Below are positions 1 through 9,563 of a stretch of 64,000 bases of DNA, in pieces. Under the pieces are notes generated by a model that searched no databases, had not been told where the DNA came from, and was given only the letters and a program-made list of their open reading frames with translations. Source of the stretch: Cytophagales bacterium (GTDB lineage Bacteria > Bacteroidota > Bacteroidia > Cytophagales > Cyclobacteriaceae); contig JAAFHY010000003.1 of the NCBI GenBank assembly GCA_013298505.1, forward strand, positions 35,733 through 99,732. Reading direction: 5' to 3'. The position numbers were made by a program, and so were the translations under genes. The first letter of the stretch is position 1. The number at the start of each line of letters is the position of its first letter.

Positions 1-1375
1 TTCCCTGATACGACCATACCGGCTCGGTATATAATCCTGCCAAAGAAGTTAAGCGAACAGGCTTCGCATCTTTTAGTTTAAAATTTAATTTGTAGAGATG
101 CCCTGCATTATTTTCCCATGTCACCCATGCTAACTGACTTCCGTCCGGACTCCAGCTAGGTTGCGCTTCGGTAAAATTATTGGAAGTTAGTTTTCGATAC
201 GTTGCTTTGGCAATATCATAAAGGTACAAACGATTAAGTGCCGTAAATGCAACTTGTTTGCCATCGGGCGAAACAGCCGCATCGCGAATTTGAGTAGCGA
301 TCATATCCTTATCGTCTCTGATGGGATATTTAAAATCGACTCGTGGCCCTACCAGAAAATCTGTCTCTATCTCAAATGGAATGTTGATTGCATTTCCTCC
401 CGCAACAGGAATGCGGAAAAATTTTCCGCCATAGGACGCCACCACTTCTTTGCTGTCGGGTGTAAAAGACATGGCAGGCAATACACCCAAGGGTGCGATT
501 GATTCTTGCTCATCGTGCTGAACGGGATAGGCCAACCATTTTTCATCGCCCGTTTTAATATCGCGAATGACCAAACCAGTTTGGTCATTGTAACGCGTTC
601 CGTACACAAGCCACTTGCCATCGGGCGATAGAGTTGGAGTGAAGGCCGATCCGTAACGCTGAGTTTTGCGATCCGTCTCACCGGTTTCGCGATCGTAGAC
701 ACCTAATTGATATTGAGGAAACTGCGCATTGTAATTCCATGCACCACTTCGCTGGGCAAACCAAACATATCGACCATCGTTTCCAAAAGCAGGTTCAATC
801 ACCTTTAGGTTATCTGGCTTACTAATTAGTTGCGCACCTGAGCCACCGTCTTTATGAAACATCCACAACTTCAAATTGCGCACACCTCTAGAGCCAACAA
901 TGTAGTTTCCATCGGGTGTCCACTCGGCCGATTGATAATGATCGGTGTTTCCTTTCGTTACTTGCAGGGAGTCTTTTTTATCAACTGTAAACCACCAGAT
1001 ATTTTCTCCACCGCTGCGATCAGATACAAAAAGTAACTTAGTGCCATCGGGGCTAAATTTTGGGTGCGAATCGAAACTCATGCCACTTGTAAACTGGGTG
1101 GACTTGCCACCTGCAATCGGCATGGTGAATATATCTCCTAAAAAATCGAAGGCAATCGTTTTGCCATCGGGGCTTACATCCAAACTCATCCATGTCCCTT
1201 CAGATGTTTTGATGGGTATTCTTCGGCTTATCTCGAGTGGAAGGTCTAATTTCTTCTTCGGCTTTTCCTTTTTAGTTGAATCTGCTTTGGCATCTTTTTT
1301 TGGCTCTTGCGCTGTGGCGAAAAAAGCAGAAAGCAATACAAACAGAAGTGTTGAATAGCTGTAAATTTTCTTCAT
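1..1375 (-). CDS. Secreted TolB-like beta-propeller (PD40 repeats) protein, probably the N-terminal half of a PD40+amidohydrolase protein; truncated by the window edge
   Basis: Hand translation from ATG 1375 is open to base 1: signal peptide MKKIYSYSTLLFVLLSAFFATAQ, then repeated SPDG motifs (SLDVSPDGKTIAF, PKFSPDGTKLLF, PTLSPDGKWLVY, PSWSPDGSQLAW). Absent from the ORF track because no stop lies in the window. Confidence 0.8.
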   Translation of the reverse strand, partial: MKKIYSYSTLLFVLLSAFFATAQEPKKDAKADSTKKEKPKKKLDLPLEISRRIPIKTSEGTWMSLDVSPDGKTIAFDFLGDIFTMPIAGGKSTQFTSGMSFDSHPKFSPDGTKLLFVSDRSGGENIWWFTVDKKDSLQVTKGNTDHYQSAEWTPDGNYIVGSRGVRNLKLWMFHKDGGSGAQLISKPDNLKVIEPAFGNDGRYVWFAQRSGAWNYNAQFPQYQLGVYDRETGETDRKTQRYGSAFTPTLSPDGKWLVYGTRYNDQTGLVIRDIKTGDEKWLAYPVQHDEQESIAPLGVLPAMSFTPDSKEVVASYGGKFFRIPVAGGNAINIPFEIETDFLVGPRVDFKYPIRDDKDMIATQIRDAAVSPDGKQVAFTALNRLYLYDIAKATYRKLTSNNFTEAQPSWSPDGSQLAWVTWENNAGHLYKLNFKLKDAKPVRLTSLAGLYTEPVWSYQG

Positions 1376-1546
1376 AGATTTTAATTTGTTTAGCAAGATA
1401 AACCGATTTCTGGTTACAAAGGATTGGCTTATTATGTAATCGGTGGCGATTGGTTATAAGAGAATGCAAACTTGATTTGGCTTAGAAGACTCACTCATGC
1501 CAAAGCCCCGATCGTATCATCGGGTTTGAATGGAAAAAAAGGGTGG

Positions 1547-2380
1547 TTATTTCAGTACACTCAAAAAAGCAGAGCCGAGATTATCAGCAATATTTTTGCG
1601 GTACTTGGCACTCTTGCGATATTCGTCTGTTAAAAATTCTTTCCACACGGCATCCCAATCGCTTTGCTTCGCCATTACAAAAGCCAATTCTTCGGGCTTG
1701 CCAAATTCGATAGCTTGTTTTTTAAGCGGCAGTTTTTTGCGATTGGCATCGACAAATTCGGTAAAATCTAAAATCGTAAACAACTTAGGGTTGGAACTCA
1801 TTTTTTTGAAAATCTCTGGCCCCGATATTCCCGAAGAAATGGAAAGCTCGGGCCAATAATCGTTTTTAATTTTGTTGGCATGTTTGATGTGCGTGCTTCC
1901 GCCAATAATTTCTATGCTATAACCACTAAACGATTTTTTAATTTGCGATAGGTCGGCAATGTTTGGTGCATCTTTGTGCGTAACCATTACCACCGAATTA
2001 GACATAAACGGAGGTGTAAATTTTAGTATTCTTTTGCGTTCTTCTGTAACAGTAACATTGGTTACACCTAGCACATTCGCATTGTTTTGCGAGGTGGCCA
2101 AGAAATTTGCAAATACAGGCTCTTTGCCGATATAGTTAATGGTAAGTTTCTTTCCGTATTTCGTTTGAACAAACGCTACAAAATCTTCTAATACATCTAC
2201 ACACAACCCCGTGGGCTTTCCATTGCTATCTTGAATAAGCCCTGCTTGTTCGTAATACACAACCGAGAGCGCACCGCCCGAAGATTTTACTTTTGCCCAG
2301 CTATCGCCCCCTTTGCCTTGAGCAAAAAGCAAAACGCTAACAAGATGCAATACAATAGATAATAGAATCTTCCTTTTCAT
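1547..2380 (-). CDS. Stand-alone substrate-binding protein (SBP family 3, amino-acid type)
   Basis: Signal peptide; PTGLCVDVLEDF and NVTVTEERKRILKFTPPF motifs typical of SBP_bac_3. Confidence 0.75.
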   Translation of the reverse strand: MKRKILLSIVLHLVSVLLFAQGKGGDSWAKVKSSGGALSVVYYEQAGLIQDSNGKPTGLCVDVLEDFVAFVQTKYGKKLTINYIGKEPVFANFLATSQNNANVLGVTNVTVTEERKRILKFTPPFMSNSVVMVTHKDAPNIADLSQIKKSFSGYSIEIIGGSTHIKHANKIKNDYWPELSISSGISGPEIFKKMSSNPKLFTILDFTEFVDANRKKLPLKKQAIEFGKPEELAFVMAKQSDWDAVWKEFLTDEYRKSAKYRKNIADNLGSAFLSVLK

Positions 2381-2464
2381 ATCCTTTCAATTTTTAGTAA
2401 TATTAATAACACCGCCCGAAAATTAATCAGGCAATTCAAGAATAATATTACACCAATGTTATTT

Positions 2465-2839
2465 TTAAGAAAGATGAGTCCGCACCAATTTTTTATCTAG
2501 CCATTGGACAACGACAATCAATAGAGCAGCTAAAGCTAAAAGACCAGGATAGCCCGCTAAGAACCGCAACGCACCCCAGCTAAGATTAAAGTCAATGAGA
2601 AAAATAGAAACGCCAGTTCCAATCAAAAAGGAAACCCAGCCCGCAGCCAACCAAAAATATTCTTTAAACAAAGATGCCGGCCGCTGCTGAAGTTTTGCCA
2701 TTACCTTATCTGCAAAACCAATTGGCAAGTGGTAAGCATCTTTTCGTAATGCACTAAATACTTTTTGGTAAGCGAGGGCATCGGCTCCTTTGGGCACTTC
2801 GCCATTTTCTATTTTTTGTTGCAGTTGTTGGTCAGTCAT
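2465..2839 (-). CDS. Small membrane protein, probable anti-sigma factor
   Basis: ATGA overlap with the ECF sigma stop; LPIGFADKVM motif then two hydrophobic helices. Confidence 0.6.
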   Translation of the reverse strand: MTDQQLQQKIENGEVPKGADALAYQKVFSALRKDAYHLPIGFADKVMAKLQQRPASLFKEYFWLAAGWVSFLIGTGVSIFLIDFNLSWGALRFLAGYPGLLALAALLIVVVQWLDKKLVRTHLS

Positions 2840-3399
2840 GGCTCTATTTCTTTACCAAGATAGTTCTTTACTTTTTCTTTTAAAATATTCCGCGCCCTAA
2901 AAAGATAGTTCTTCACGGTTCCTTCGGGCATATTCGTAATCTCTCCAATTTCTTGATAGTTCATGTGGTTGAGGTGGTACAAGGTAAGCACCGTCTTGTA
3001 TTGGGCTGGTAAGTAATCGATCATCTTCAACACCATTTCCTCCAATTGTTGGTCGCCCAACTCTTCATCTACTTTTTCGTTCGAGACAAACTCACGTTGA
3101 AATCCGTCTTCGTTGGGCAAATCGGCAAACATCATTTTTTGCTTGCGCAGATGATTAATGGCATGCCGATAGGCCACAGTTGCAATCCACGTGCTTAGTT
3201 TCGACTCAAAATTAAAACCACCAATTTTGTCGTACACTTTCAAAAATACATCTTGGCAGATTTCTTCGCGGTCCTCATCGCTTTTTATCAATCGCGCCAC
3301 CATGTGCCCCACCAACCGTTGATGTTGATGAATCAATTGCCTAAAAGCCTGCGAATCGCCTTGAATTATGCGGGAAACCAGCTCCCGATCGTCTGTCAT
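2836..3399 (-). CDS. ECF RNA polymerase sigma-70 factor
   Basis: Region 2 (EEICQDVFLKVY, KLSTWIATVAYR) and region 4 (YQEIGEITNMPEGTVKNYLFRAR); ATG at 3399 preferred over GTG 3414. Confidence 0.93.
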   Translation of the reverse strand: MTDDRELVSRIIQGDSQAFRQLIHQHQRLVGHMVARLIKSDEDREEICQDVFLKVYDKIGGFNFESKLSTWIATVAYRHAINHLRKQKMMFADLPNEDGFQREFVSNEKVDEELGDQQLEEMVLKMIDYLPAQYKTVLTLYHLNHMNYQEIGEITNMPEGTVKNYLFRARNILKEKVKNYLGKEIEP

Positions 3400-3405
3400 T
3401 AGTGG

Positions 3406-3436
3406 GTTAGACACAAGTCGAAGGTACGATGTTGCA
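3406..3436 (-). promoter_or_regulatory. Putative ECF promoter for the sigma gene (TGCAAC...GTCTAA)
   Basis: Minus strand tgcaacatcgtaccttcgacttgtgtctaac; 25/31 identical to the divergent copy at 3554-3584. Confidence 0.6.
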
Positions 3437-3553
3437 GGTAATATTTTGGGTTGTAGATTTCGATGCCGTTGGCCTCAGGCTTCATGCCACAAGCTGCAAG
3501 CTGAGCAGAATTCCTCTAAAGGACTACCTCGAAATATTTTTTTTCCGATCAAG

Positions 3554-3584
3554 TGCAACATCATGCCTTCACCTTGCGTCTCAC
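3554..3584 (+). promoter_or_regulatory. Putative ECF promoter for the DUF6249 gene (TGCAAC...CGTCT)
   Basis: tgcaacatcatgccttcaccttgcgtctcac; matches the divergent copy at 3406-3436. Confidence 0.6.
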
Positions 3585-3611
3585 GCCTCAACATCAACAA
3601 AACAAACGACT

Positions 3612-3959
3612 ATGAATACCAATGAATTATTAATGCCCGTTTCGATTTTAGGTAGCCTTGGCCTATCTATCTATTTCTTCACAAAGGTGATGACCGACTA
3701 CATTCTGAAAAAGAAAATGATTGACAAGGGTTTTGTGAACGAGGACACCCAAGCGATTTTTAAAAACTATAAGGAGGACGATAACAAGTATGCTTCTTTG
3801 AAGTGGGGCTTGATTGCATTCTTCGCGGGGCTATCGCTTATCATTATGGAGTATGTGCCAGTAAGCCCCGATTCGCCCATGCCCTATGGATTATTTGCCG
3901 TGGCGGTATCGTTCGGTTTTTTGCTTTACTATTTTTTGGTAAAGAGAGAAACTAAATAG
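3612..3959 (+). CDS. DUF6249-like small membrane protein
   Basis: ATG 3612; N-terminal TM, YASLKWGLIAFFAGL motif, C-terminal TMs; divergent from the ECF sigma. Confidence 0.65.
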   Translation: MNTNELLMPVSILGSLGLSIYFFTKVMTDYILKKKMIDKGFVNEDTQAIFKNYKEDDNKYASLKWGLIAFFAGLSLIIMEYVPVSPDSPMPYGLFAVAVSFGFLLYYFLVKRETK

Positions 3960-4005
3960 AATAACAGAACTATTTCTTATAGGTTGAGCCCATCGGCCAG
4001 GGATA

Positions 4006-4121
4006 CCTGCCTGCACTGCCGCTTCGGCAGGCAGGGAAGTGGAAAGCCCGCTAAGGGTTGGTGTATGCACGGAGCGGACTTGTAACGGATAGCCCGGTGG
4101 CCACTTCGCTTCGAGTGGCCA
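4006..4121. repeat. Structured intergenic repeat element (REP/Flavo-1-like)
   Basis: CCTGCCTGC..GGCAGGCAGG palindrome (4006-4035), two GGA[A/T]AGCCCG boxes (4041-4050, 4087-4096), perfect hairpin TGGCCACT/AGTGGCCA (4098-4121). Confidence 0.5.
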
Positions 4122-4167
4122 GGCCGCCAGGTAAAAATCAAACTAAAATTTACTAAGCCAAAAATTT

Positions 4168-6588
4168 ATGTTCCAAAATTATCTCAAGACAGCTCTTAGA
4201 AGCTTGCTGCGCCATCGTTTTTTTTCAGCTATCAATATTTTTGGCTTGGCGGTGGCGATGGCTTTGTCGATGGTTATTATCATGCTGGTGGCCGACCAAA
4301 TGACGTACGATCGGTACAACACCAAGCGCGACCGCGTCTATCGCATCAATGCAGTTCCTGAAGGCTCGGATGGAGAATCGCTCAATGAATACGCGACTAC
4401 CACATTGCCATTGAAGCAAGAACTTCTAGATAATCATACAGGTGTAGAGAAGGCCGTGCGCATTATGCGGGGCTTCGGCAACTTATGGCTGGAGATGGAA
4501 CAAAACGTGAACATCCCAATTGCAGGATATTATGCGGATGCAGAGATCTTAGATGTATTCGAATATGAATTGGAATATGGTGACTCGCGCACAGCATTGG
4601 TAGAACCCTACTCCGTAGTGCTTACTAAAAAGGCTGCTAAGAAATTATTCAAGCAGGAGAACCCCATTGGTGAAGTTTTTAAAGTAGGCGAAGAAGGGCC
4701 TTACAAAGTGACAGGTATATTAAAAGAGACGAAAAACAAATCGCACATTCCATTTGAAGCGCTAGCAAGTATCAGCTCGGTAAAAAGTTTAGAGGCTCAA
4801 AATAAGCAGGGCAAACAATTAGACAATTGGTACAATTACACAGCGGGCTGGGTGTATGTACTGCTTGAAAAAGGCAAGCAACCAAAAGACATACAAGCAG
4901 CGCTCACAAAAATTGAACAAAAGCATTTTACCACACTTCCAAACCCGGATACCCAACGAAAAGTAAAATACACGCTTCAGCAATTGATGAACATTACTCC
5001 AGGCCCTTTCCTCAACAACATGATTGGGCCATTTCTTCCTTGGATTTTTGTGTACTTCTTCATTGGCCTGGCGGGTGTGGTGATGCTTACCTCTTGTTTT
5101 AATTTTACCAATTTATCCATCGCGCGATCATTGACACGTGCCCGTGAGATTGGTGTACGCAAAGTAACGGGGGCTATGCGCAGTCAGGTATTTGTTCAGT
5201 TTTTATCAGAGTCAGTGATGGTGGCTTTGCTTGCGCTTGGATTGGCACTGGTGATGCTGGTTGCTTTAAAACCGTTGATGCTTCAATTGAGCTTAGCGCG
5301 AATGCTGCGATGGGATTTAGAAGCTAACTATGTGGTGTACGCGGTGTTTTTTGTGTTCGCTATTGCGGTGGGCATTCTTGCCGGAATTTTTCCCGCAGTA
5401 GTGCTGAGCGGTTTTCAACCAGCAAAAGTGCTGAAGGGCTTAAGCTCTATGAAACTTTTTTCTGGCATGCGCTTGCGCAAAACATTATTGGTAACGCAGT
5501 TCACGTTCTCACTCATCTTTATTCTTTCGGTTATTGTGGTATACAATCAATTGCAGTTGTTCCTCCGTGCAGATCATGGATTTAATATGGAAAAGAAAAT
5601 TGTGGTTGGGACGAGCAGCGCTTCTGCATCAGTACTAAAGACTGAGCTGTTGAAATACAGTAACATCGAAAATGTATCGGCTGTCTCGCATGTGCTGGCT
5701 GCCGGCTCTACCTATGGCGAGAGTTATAAAAAATCGCTTGAAGATAAAGAGTGGACAGATTTAAGTTACTACTCTGCCGATGAAGATTATCTCAAGAATT
5801 TGGAAGTCCCTATGGTGGCCGGAAGGTATTTTAAGGACGCAGATGGAGCATCCAACAAAAATCTGATAGTGCTTAATGAAAAAGCAGTTGAAAGTTTTCA
5901 TTTCGATTCGCCTTTAGATGCGATTGGACAAGAAATCATTATACAAAAAGATTCATCGCGCAAGCAAATCATTGGTGTGGTGAAGAATTACAATCACCAA
6001 ATGATAATGGATAAAATGGGGCCAATGGCGTTGATTCATAACCCAGAAGAATACCAACTGCTACAAATAAAGTATTCTGGCACCTATGAAGAGGCAGGCA
6101 AAAGTGTTGAAACAGCCTGGGCGCAGGTAAATCCTACCTTGAAAGTTGATTACAAAGATTTCTCTGGAGAGGTGCATAAACTCTATGATATTCTCTTTGG
6201 CGATTTGGTGGGTTTACTGGGCGTGATTTCCTTTCTCGCCATTACCATTTCTTGTTTGGGCTTGCTCGGTATGGCTACTTATTCAACTGAAACGCGTTTA
6301 AAAGAAATTTCTATTCGCAAAGTGCTGGGCAGTAGCAATGGTTCATTGATCTATTTGCTATCAAAAGGCTTCGTCAGTATTTTGCTTATCGCGATTGTAT
6401 TGGCCGTACCATCAGCGTACATCATCAACAACTTATGGCTGGAGCAATTGGCGTATCACGTTTCCGTAGATGTGTGGACTATTTTAGTTGGAGTACTCGC
6501 TTTGATTATTTTCAGTGGCTTAACGATTGGCTCGCAAACATGGAGAGCAGTGTTTGTTAATCCAGTGGATAATTTGAAGGGGGAGTAA
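4168..6588 (+). CDS. ABC transporter permease, MacB/FtsX family
   Basis: MFQNYLKTALRSL start, NFTNLSIARSLTRAREIGVRK and RLKEISIRKVLGS repeats, NPVDNLKGE end. Confidence 0.92.
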   Translation: MFQNYLKTALRSLLRHRFFSAINIFGLAVAMALSMVIIMLVADQMTYDRYNTKRDRVYRINAVPEGSDGESLNEYATTTLPLKQELLDNHTGVEKAVRIMRGFGNLWLEMEQNVNIPIAGYYADAEILDVFEYELEYGDSRTALVEPYSVVLTKKAAKKLFKQENPIGEVFKVGEEGPYKVTGILKETKNKSHIPFEALASISSVKSLEAQNKQGKQLDNWYNYTAGWVYVLLEKGKQPKDIQAALTKIEQKHFTTLPNPDTQRKVKYTLQQLMNITPGPFLNNMIGPFLPWIFVYFFIGLAGVVMLTSCFNFTNLSIARSLTRAREIGVRKVTGAMRSQVFVQFLSESVMVALLALGLALVMLVALKPLMLQLSLARMLRWDLEANYVVYAVFFVFAIAVGILAGIFPAVVLSGFQPAKVLKGLSSMKLFSGMRLRKTLLVTQFTFSLIFILSVIVVYNQLQLFLRADHGFNMEKKIVVGTSSASASVLKTELLKYSNIENVSAVSHVLAAGSTYGESYKKSLEDKEWTDLSYYSADEDYLKNLEVPMVAGRYFKDADGASNKNLIVLNEKAVESFHFDSPLDAIGQEIIIQKDSSRKQIIGVVKNYNHQMIMDKMGPMALIHNPEEYQLLQIKYSGTYEEAGKSVETAWAQVNPTLKVDYKDFSGEVHKLYDILFGDLVGLLGVISFLAITISCLGLLGMATYSTETRLKEISIRKVLGSSNGSLIYLLSKGFVSILLIAIVLAVPSAYIINNLWLEQLAYHVSVDVWTILVGVLALIIFSGLTIGSQTWRAVFVNPVDNLKGE

Positions 6589-6606
6589 AATAATTGACCT
6601 TTGTGA

Positions 6607-7257
6607 ATGATTATCTACTTCATAAGTGGCCTTGGTGCAGATGAACGAGCGTTTCAAAAATTATCACTTTCCACCGAATGGACAATCAAACATTTAAAGT
6701 GGTTAGACATTGCCCCCACTGAGACATTAGAAAGCTATGCATTAAAATTTTCTAAACTTATTGATACATCGAAAGAGTTTGTGTTGGTTGGTCTTTCATT
6801 TGGTGGTATTGTGGCCACTGAATTGAACAAAATTATTCAACCCAAAGTCACCGTTTTAATTTCAAGCATTACAACTAAGGGTGAGCTCCTGGTTATTTAT
6901 AAATTGATTGGCATTCTAAGAATAAATAAACTGGTGCCTCAGTCGATGCTCAATAGAGTATTTCCATTCACCGATTGGTACTTCGGTACAAAGGAAACAG
7001 AAGAGAGAGTTTTACTCAGGCAGATTATCCGTGACACTCCGCCTCATTTTTTAAAATGGGCTATCAACGAAATTCTTCATTGGAAAAACACCAAGAGGCC
7101 ATCCAATATTTTCCACATTCACGGAACGAAGGATAGGATTTTCCCTATAAACAATTTAAAGGTTGATTTGAAAATTAAAGACGGTGGACATTTTATGGTT
7201 TACACCAAGGCTGATGAGATTAGCAAGGCCTTGATTGAAAGATTAGGCGTTATTTAA
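6607..7257 (+). CDS. Alpha/beta hydrolase
   Basis: SGLGAD, nucleophile elbow GLSFGG, HIHGTKD and GGHF motifs. Confidence 0.85.
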   Translation: MIIYFISGLGADERAFQKLSLSTEWTIKHLKWLDIAPTETLESYALKFSKLIDTSKEFVLVGLSFGGIVATELNKIIQPKVTVLISSITTKGELLVIYKLIGILRINKLVPQSMLNRVFPFTDWYFGTKETEERVLLRQIIRDTPPHFLKWAINEILHWKNTKRPSNIFHIHGTKDRIFPINNLKVDLKIKDGGHFMVYTKADEISKALIERLGVI

Positions 7258-7271
7258 TATTGCCAAGGCAA

Positions 7272-7565
7272 CTATTTGTACTTCTTTTTTGGATTACGCT
7301 TTTGATGGTAAATAGATACAACAACTATTGTATTTATATTTTCCTCTATGGTGTAGATAATTATAAATGGATACTTTTTAATGGCAACTTCGTGGAAATT
7401 CTTATAGGCATTTCTGAATTGATGAGGTCTTTTAGTGATTTTTATTAAAGTAGCCTCTACACTTTTGATAAAATTTAAAGTTGCTAATTCACTTCTTTCT
7501 GAGTACCAATTAATTGATTCTTCATATTCTTTTTGAGCCCTTGGTTCAATTAAATAATTGTACAT
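7272..7565 (-). CDS. Type II toxin, RelE/ParE family
   Basis: IEPRAQKEYEESINWY, KYPFIIIY, VVSIYHQKRNPK; follows a small antitoxin-like ORF. Confidence 0.85.
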   Translation of the reverse strand: MYNYLIEPRAQKEYEESINWYSERSELATLNFIKSVEATLIKITKRPHQFRNAYKNFHEVAIKKYPFIIIYTIEENINTIVVVSIYHQKRNPKKKYK

Positions 7566-7592
7566 AGCACTAAGTGGGTCACAAAAATTTGA

Positions 7593-7844
7593 TTATCTGC
7601 CAAATTTGCTGCTTAGAATTTTTTTAATCCTTTTCTTACTATCCGATGGGGTGATCATTTTTGATTTCCCTGTCTTGTAATCATTGTATCGTTTGTCTAG
7701 CTCAGCCTTAACCGCTGGAGTATAAATACTTTCATTCTCTAGATCATTTTGAATAATAGTATAAAAGGCTTTTACCTTTTTTTCTTCTACGTTTTCAATG
7801 TAGTTAATCAATTTCTCTCGGATTGTGTTGACAGCAATAGACAT
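7593..7844 (-). CDS. Antitoxin / addiction-module component
   Basis: 83 aa, upstream of the RelE/ParE gene; ELDKRYNDYKTGK motif. Confidence 0.65.
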   Translation of the reverse strand: MSIAVNTIREKLINYIENVEEKKVKAFYTIIQNDLENESIYTPAVKAELDKRYNDYKTGKSKMITPSDSKKRIKKILSSKFGR

Positions 7845-7935
7845 AGCGCCTCGTTTTTTTATAAAATTAGTGAATTAGATAAATCTGTGCCCACGATTTT
7901 TCTGTCATTAAATATGGTGGCGGGTCAAAAACTAA

Positions 7936-9453
7936 TTACTTATTCAAATGCTTCAAGGTAATCACCTCTTCAGGCCTTAAAAATCTCCATTGCCCGCGGC
8001 CTAAATCTTTTTTATCAAGGCCTGCATAAACTACGCGATCGAGTTTTACTACTTCATAACCGAGCGATTCAAATATCCTCCGCACAATACGGTTCCAACC
8101 TATGTGCAATTCTATGCCAACTGTAAGTTCATCTACCATGGCCAGTTCGTCTACCATGGCTCGTCCCTCTTCGAGGTAAACACCTTCTTGTATTTTTATA
8201 AAATCGGCTTTCGTAATGGGCTTGTCGAGGGTGGCTTTATAAATTTTCTTTGCTTTGTAGGAAGGGTGTGTTAGTTTATCGGCTAGGTCGCCATCGTTGG
8301 TAAGCAGCAACAACCCAGTTGTGTTTCTATCTAATCGGCCTACTGGGTAAATGCGTTCTTTGCCTACGTTAGCAACCAAATTCATTACGGTGTTTCTCTC
8401 TTGCGGGTCATCGGTGGTGGTTATAAATCCTTTTGGCTTATTTAATAAAACGTAAACGGGCTTTTCAGCTTTGAGGCGCTTGCCTTCGTAACGAACATCG
8501 TCTGTCATTTTTACTTTGTGGCCCATTTCGGTAATAGTTGTACCGTTTACTGTAACCAGCCCCATCTTAATAAACTCATCGGCCTCGCGCCTGCTGCCAA
8601 CACCACTATTGGCCATAAACTTATTTAAGCGGATCAGCTCTCCATCGTTTGGTTGCTTCTCTTTGTAGGTGGGCCTTTCTGGAGTTGCCCCTTCTTTAAA
8701 TCCCCCAAACGGTTTGCGCTCGTCTGTCTTGGGTGATTTTTTTACTACATCGGCCTTAGAAAACTTCTTGGGCCTTTCATCGCCCGATTCAAAAGGTCGG
8801 CTGCTTCTGCGAGCGGGCTTTGTATCTTCTGCATCGCGTTTGCCGTAAGGCTTTGCTTCGTCAAATCGGCTTTTGCGTTCAGGCCGCTCATCGTCTCGTC
8901 TTTCAAATGGTTTTGAGAATTTGCGCGGCTCGCCCGAACCAAACGATGGTGGCTCTTTTCTAAACGGACGTTTTTCTCCTCCTTCTTTGGAAAACCGAGG
9001 TTTATCCGAATCAAATCTCTCTTTGCGCTCGCCAAAAGGTTTGCCTTCGTCTCTTCTTTCAAAAGGCCCTTTGGTGAATCGCTTCGGCCTCTCTGAACCT
9101 GAGTCAAATGATCTTCGCTCCCCAAATGGCTTTGAACCAGACCTATTAAACGGTCTATCGCTGCCCTCGCCTCGTTTCTCAAATGGTTTTGAAAAACGCT
9201 TGGGTCTTTCGGATGATGAATCGTCTCTACGGCCAAAGGATCTTTTTTCGCCTCCTTCAGAACCACCAAATCGGTTAGGCCTTGCATCTCCTCCCGAACG
9301 CGGCCGCTCGTCTCTTGGTCCTCCATACGACTTCTTCGGACGCTCGGAGTCAAAACGCTTCTCTTCCTTTTTGCGATGATGAAATGATTTTTCTGCGTCT
9401 GAACGTTTACCGAACGAACTGCTTTTACGTGATGATTTTTCTGAGCGTGGCAT
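7936..9453 (-). CDS. rluB: 23S rRNA pseudouridine synthase (RluB-type) with long low-complexity N-terminal extension
   Basis: S4 domain (RLNKFMANSGVGSRREAD), catalytic GRLDRNTTGLLLLTNDG; follows scpB. Confidence 0.85.
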   Translation of the reverse strand: MPRSEKSSRKSSSFGKRSDAEKSFHHRKKEEKRFDSERPKKSYGGPRDERPRSGGDARPNRFGGSEGGEKRSFGRRDDSSSERPKRFSKPFEKRGEGSDRPFNRSGSKPFGERRSFDSGSERPKRFTKGPFERRDEGKPFGERKERFDSDKPRFSKEGGEKRPFRKEPPSFGSGEPRKFSKPFERRDDERPERKSRFDEAKPYGKRDAEDTKPARRSSRPFESGDERPKKFSKADVVKKSPKTDERKPFGGFKEGATPERPTYKEKQPNDGELIRLNKFMANSGVGSRREADEFIKMGLVTVNGTTITEMGHKVKMTDDVRYEGKRLKAEKPVYVLLNKPKGFITTTDDPQERNTVMNLVANVGKERIYPVGRLDRNTTGLLLLTNDGDLADKLTHPSYKAKKIYKATLDKPITKADFIKIQEGVYLEEGRAMVDELAMVDELTVGIELHIGWNRIVRRIFESLGYEVVKLDRVVYAGLDKKDLGRGQWRFLRPEEVITLKHLNK

Positions 9454-9563
9454 AGGTCAATTAGTCAATGAGCCAATTTTGAAAATTGGTCAATAGTGGA
9501 AAAAATAATGTTCAAGTTAACGAAGTAGTAGGTAATTGGCTAATCGAATAGTTTACCGAGCGA

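Noticed and set aside
254-1469. Short track ORFs 254..502, 367..702, 854..1036, 945..1358 and 1272..1469
   Set aside because: Shadows of the PD40 gene that runs off the window edge.
8745-9379. Overlapping ORFs 8745..9353 (-) and 8873..9379 (+)
   Set aside because: Stop-free alternative frames produced by the repetitive RluB N-terminus; no recognisable protein features.
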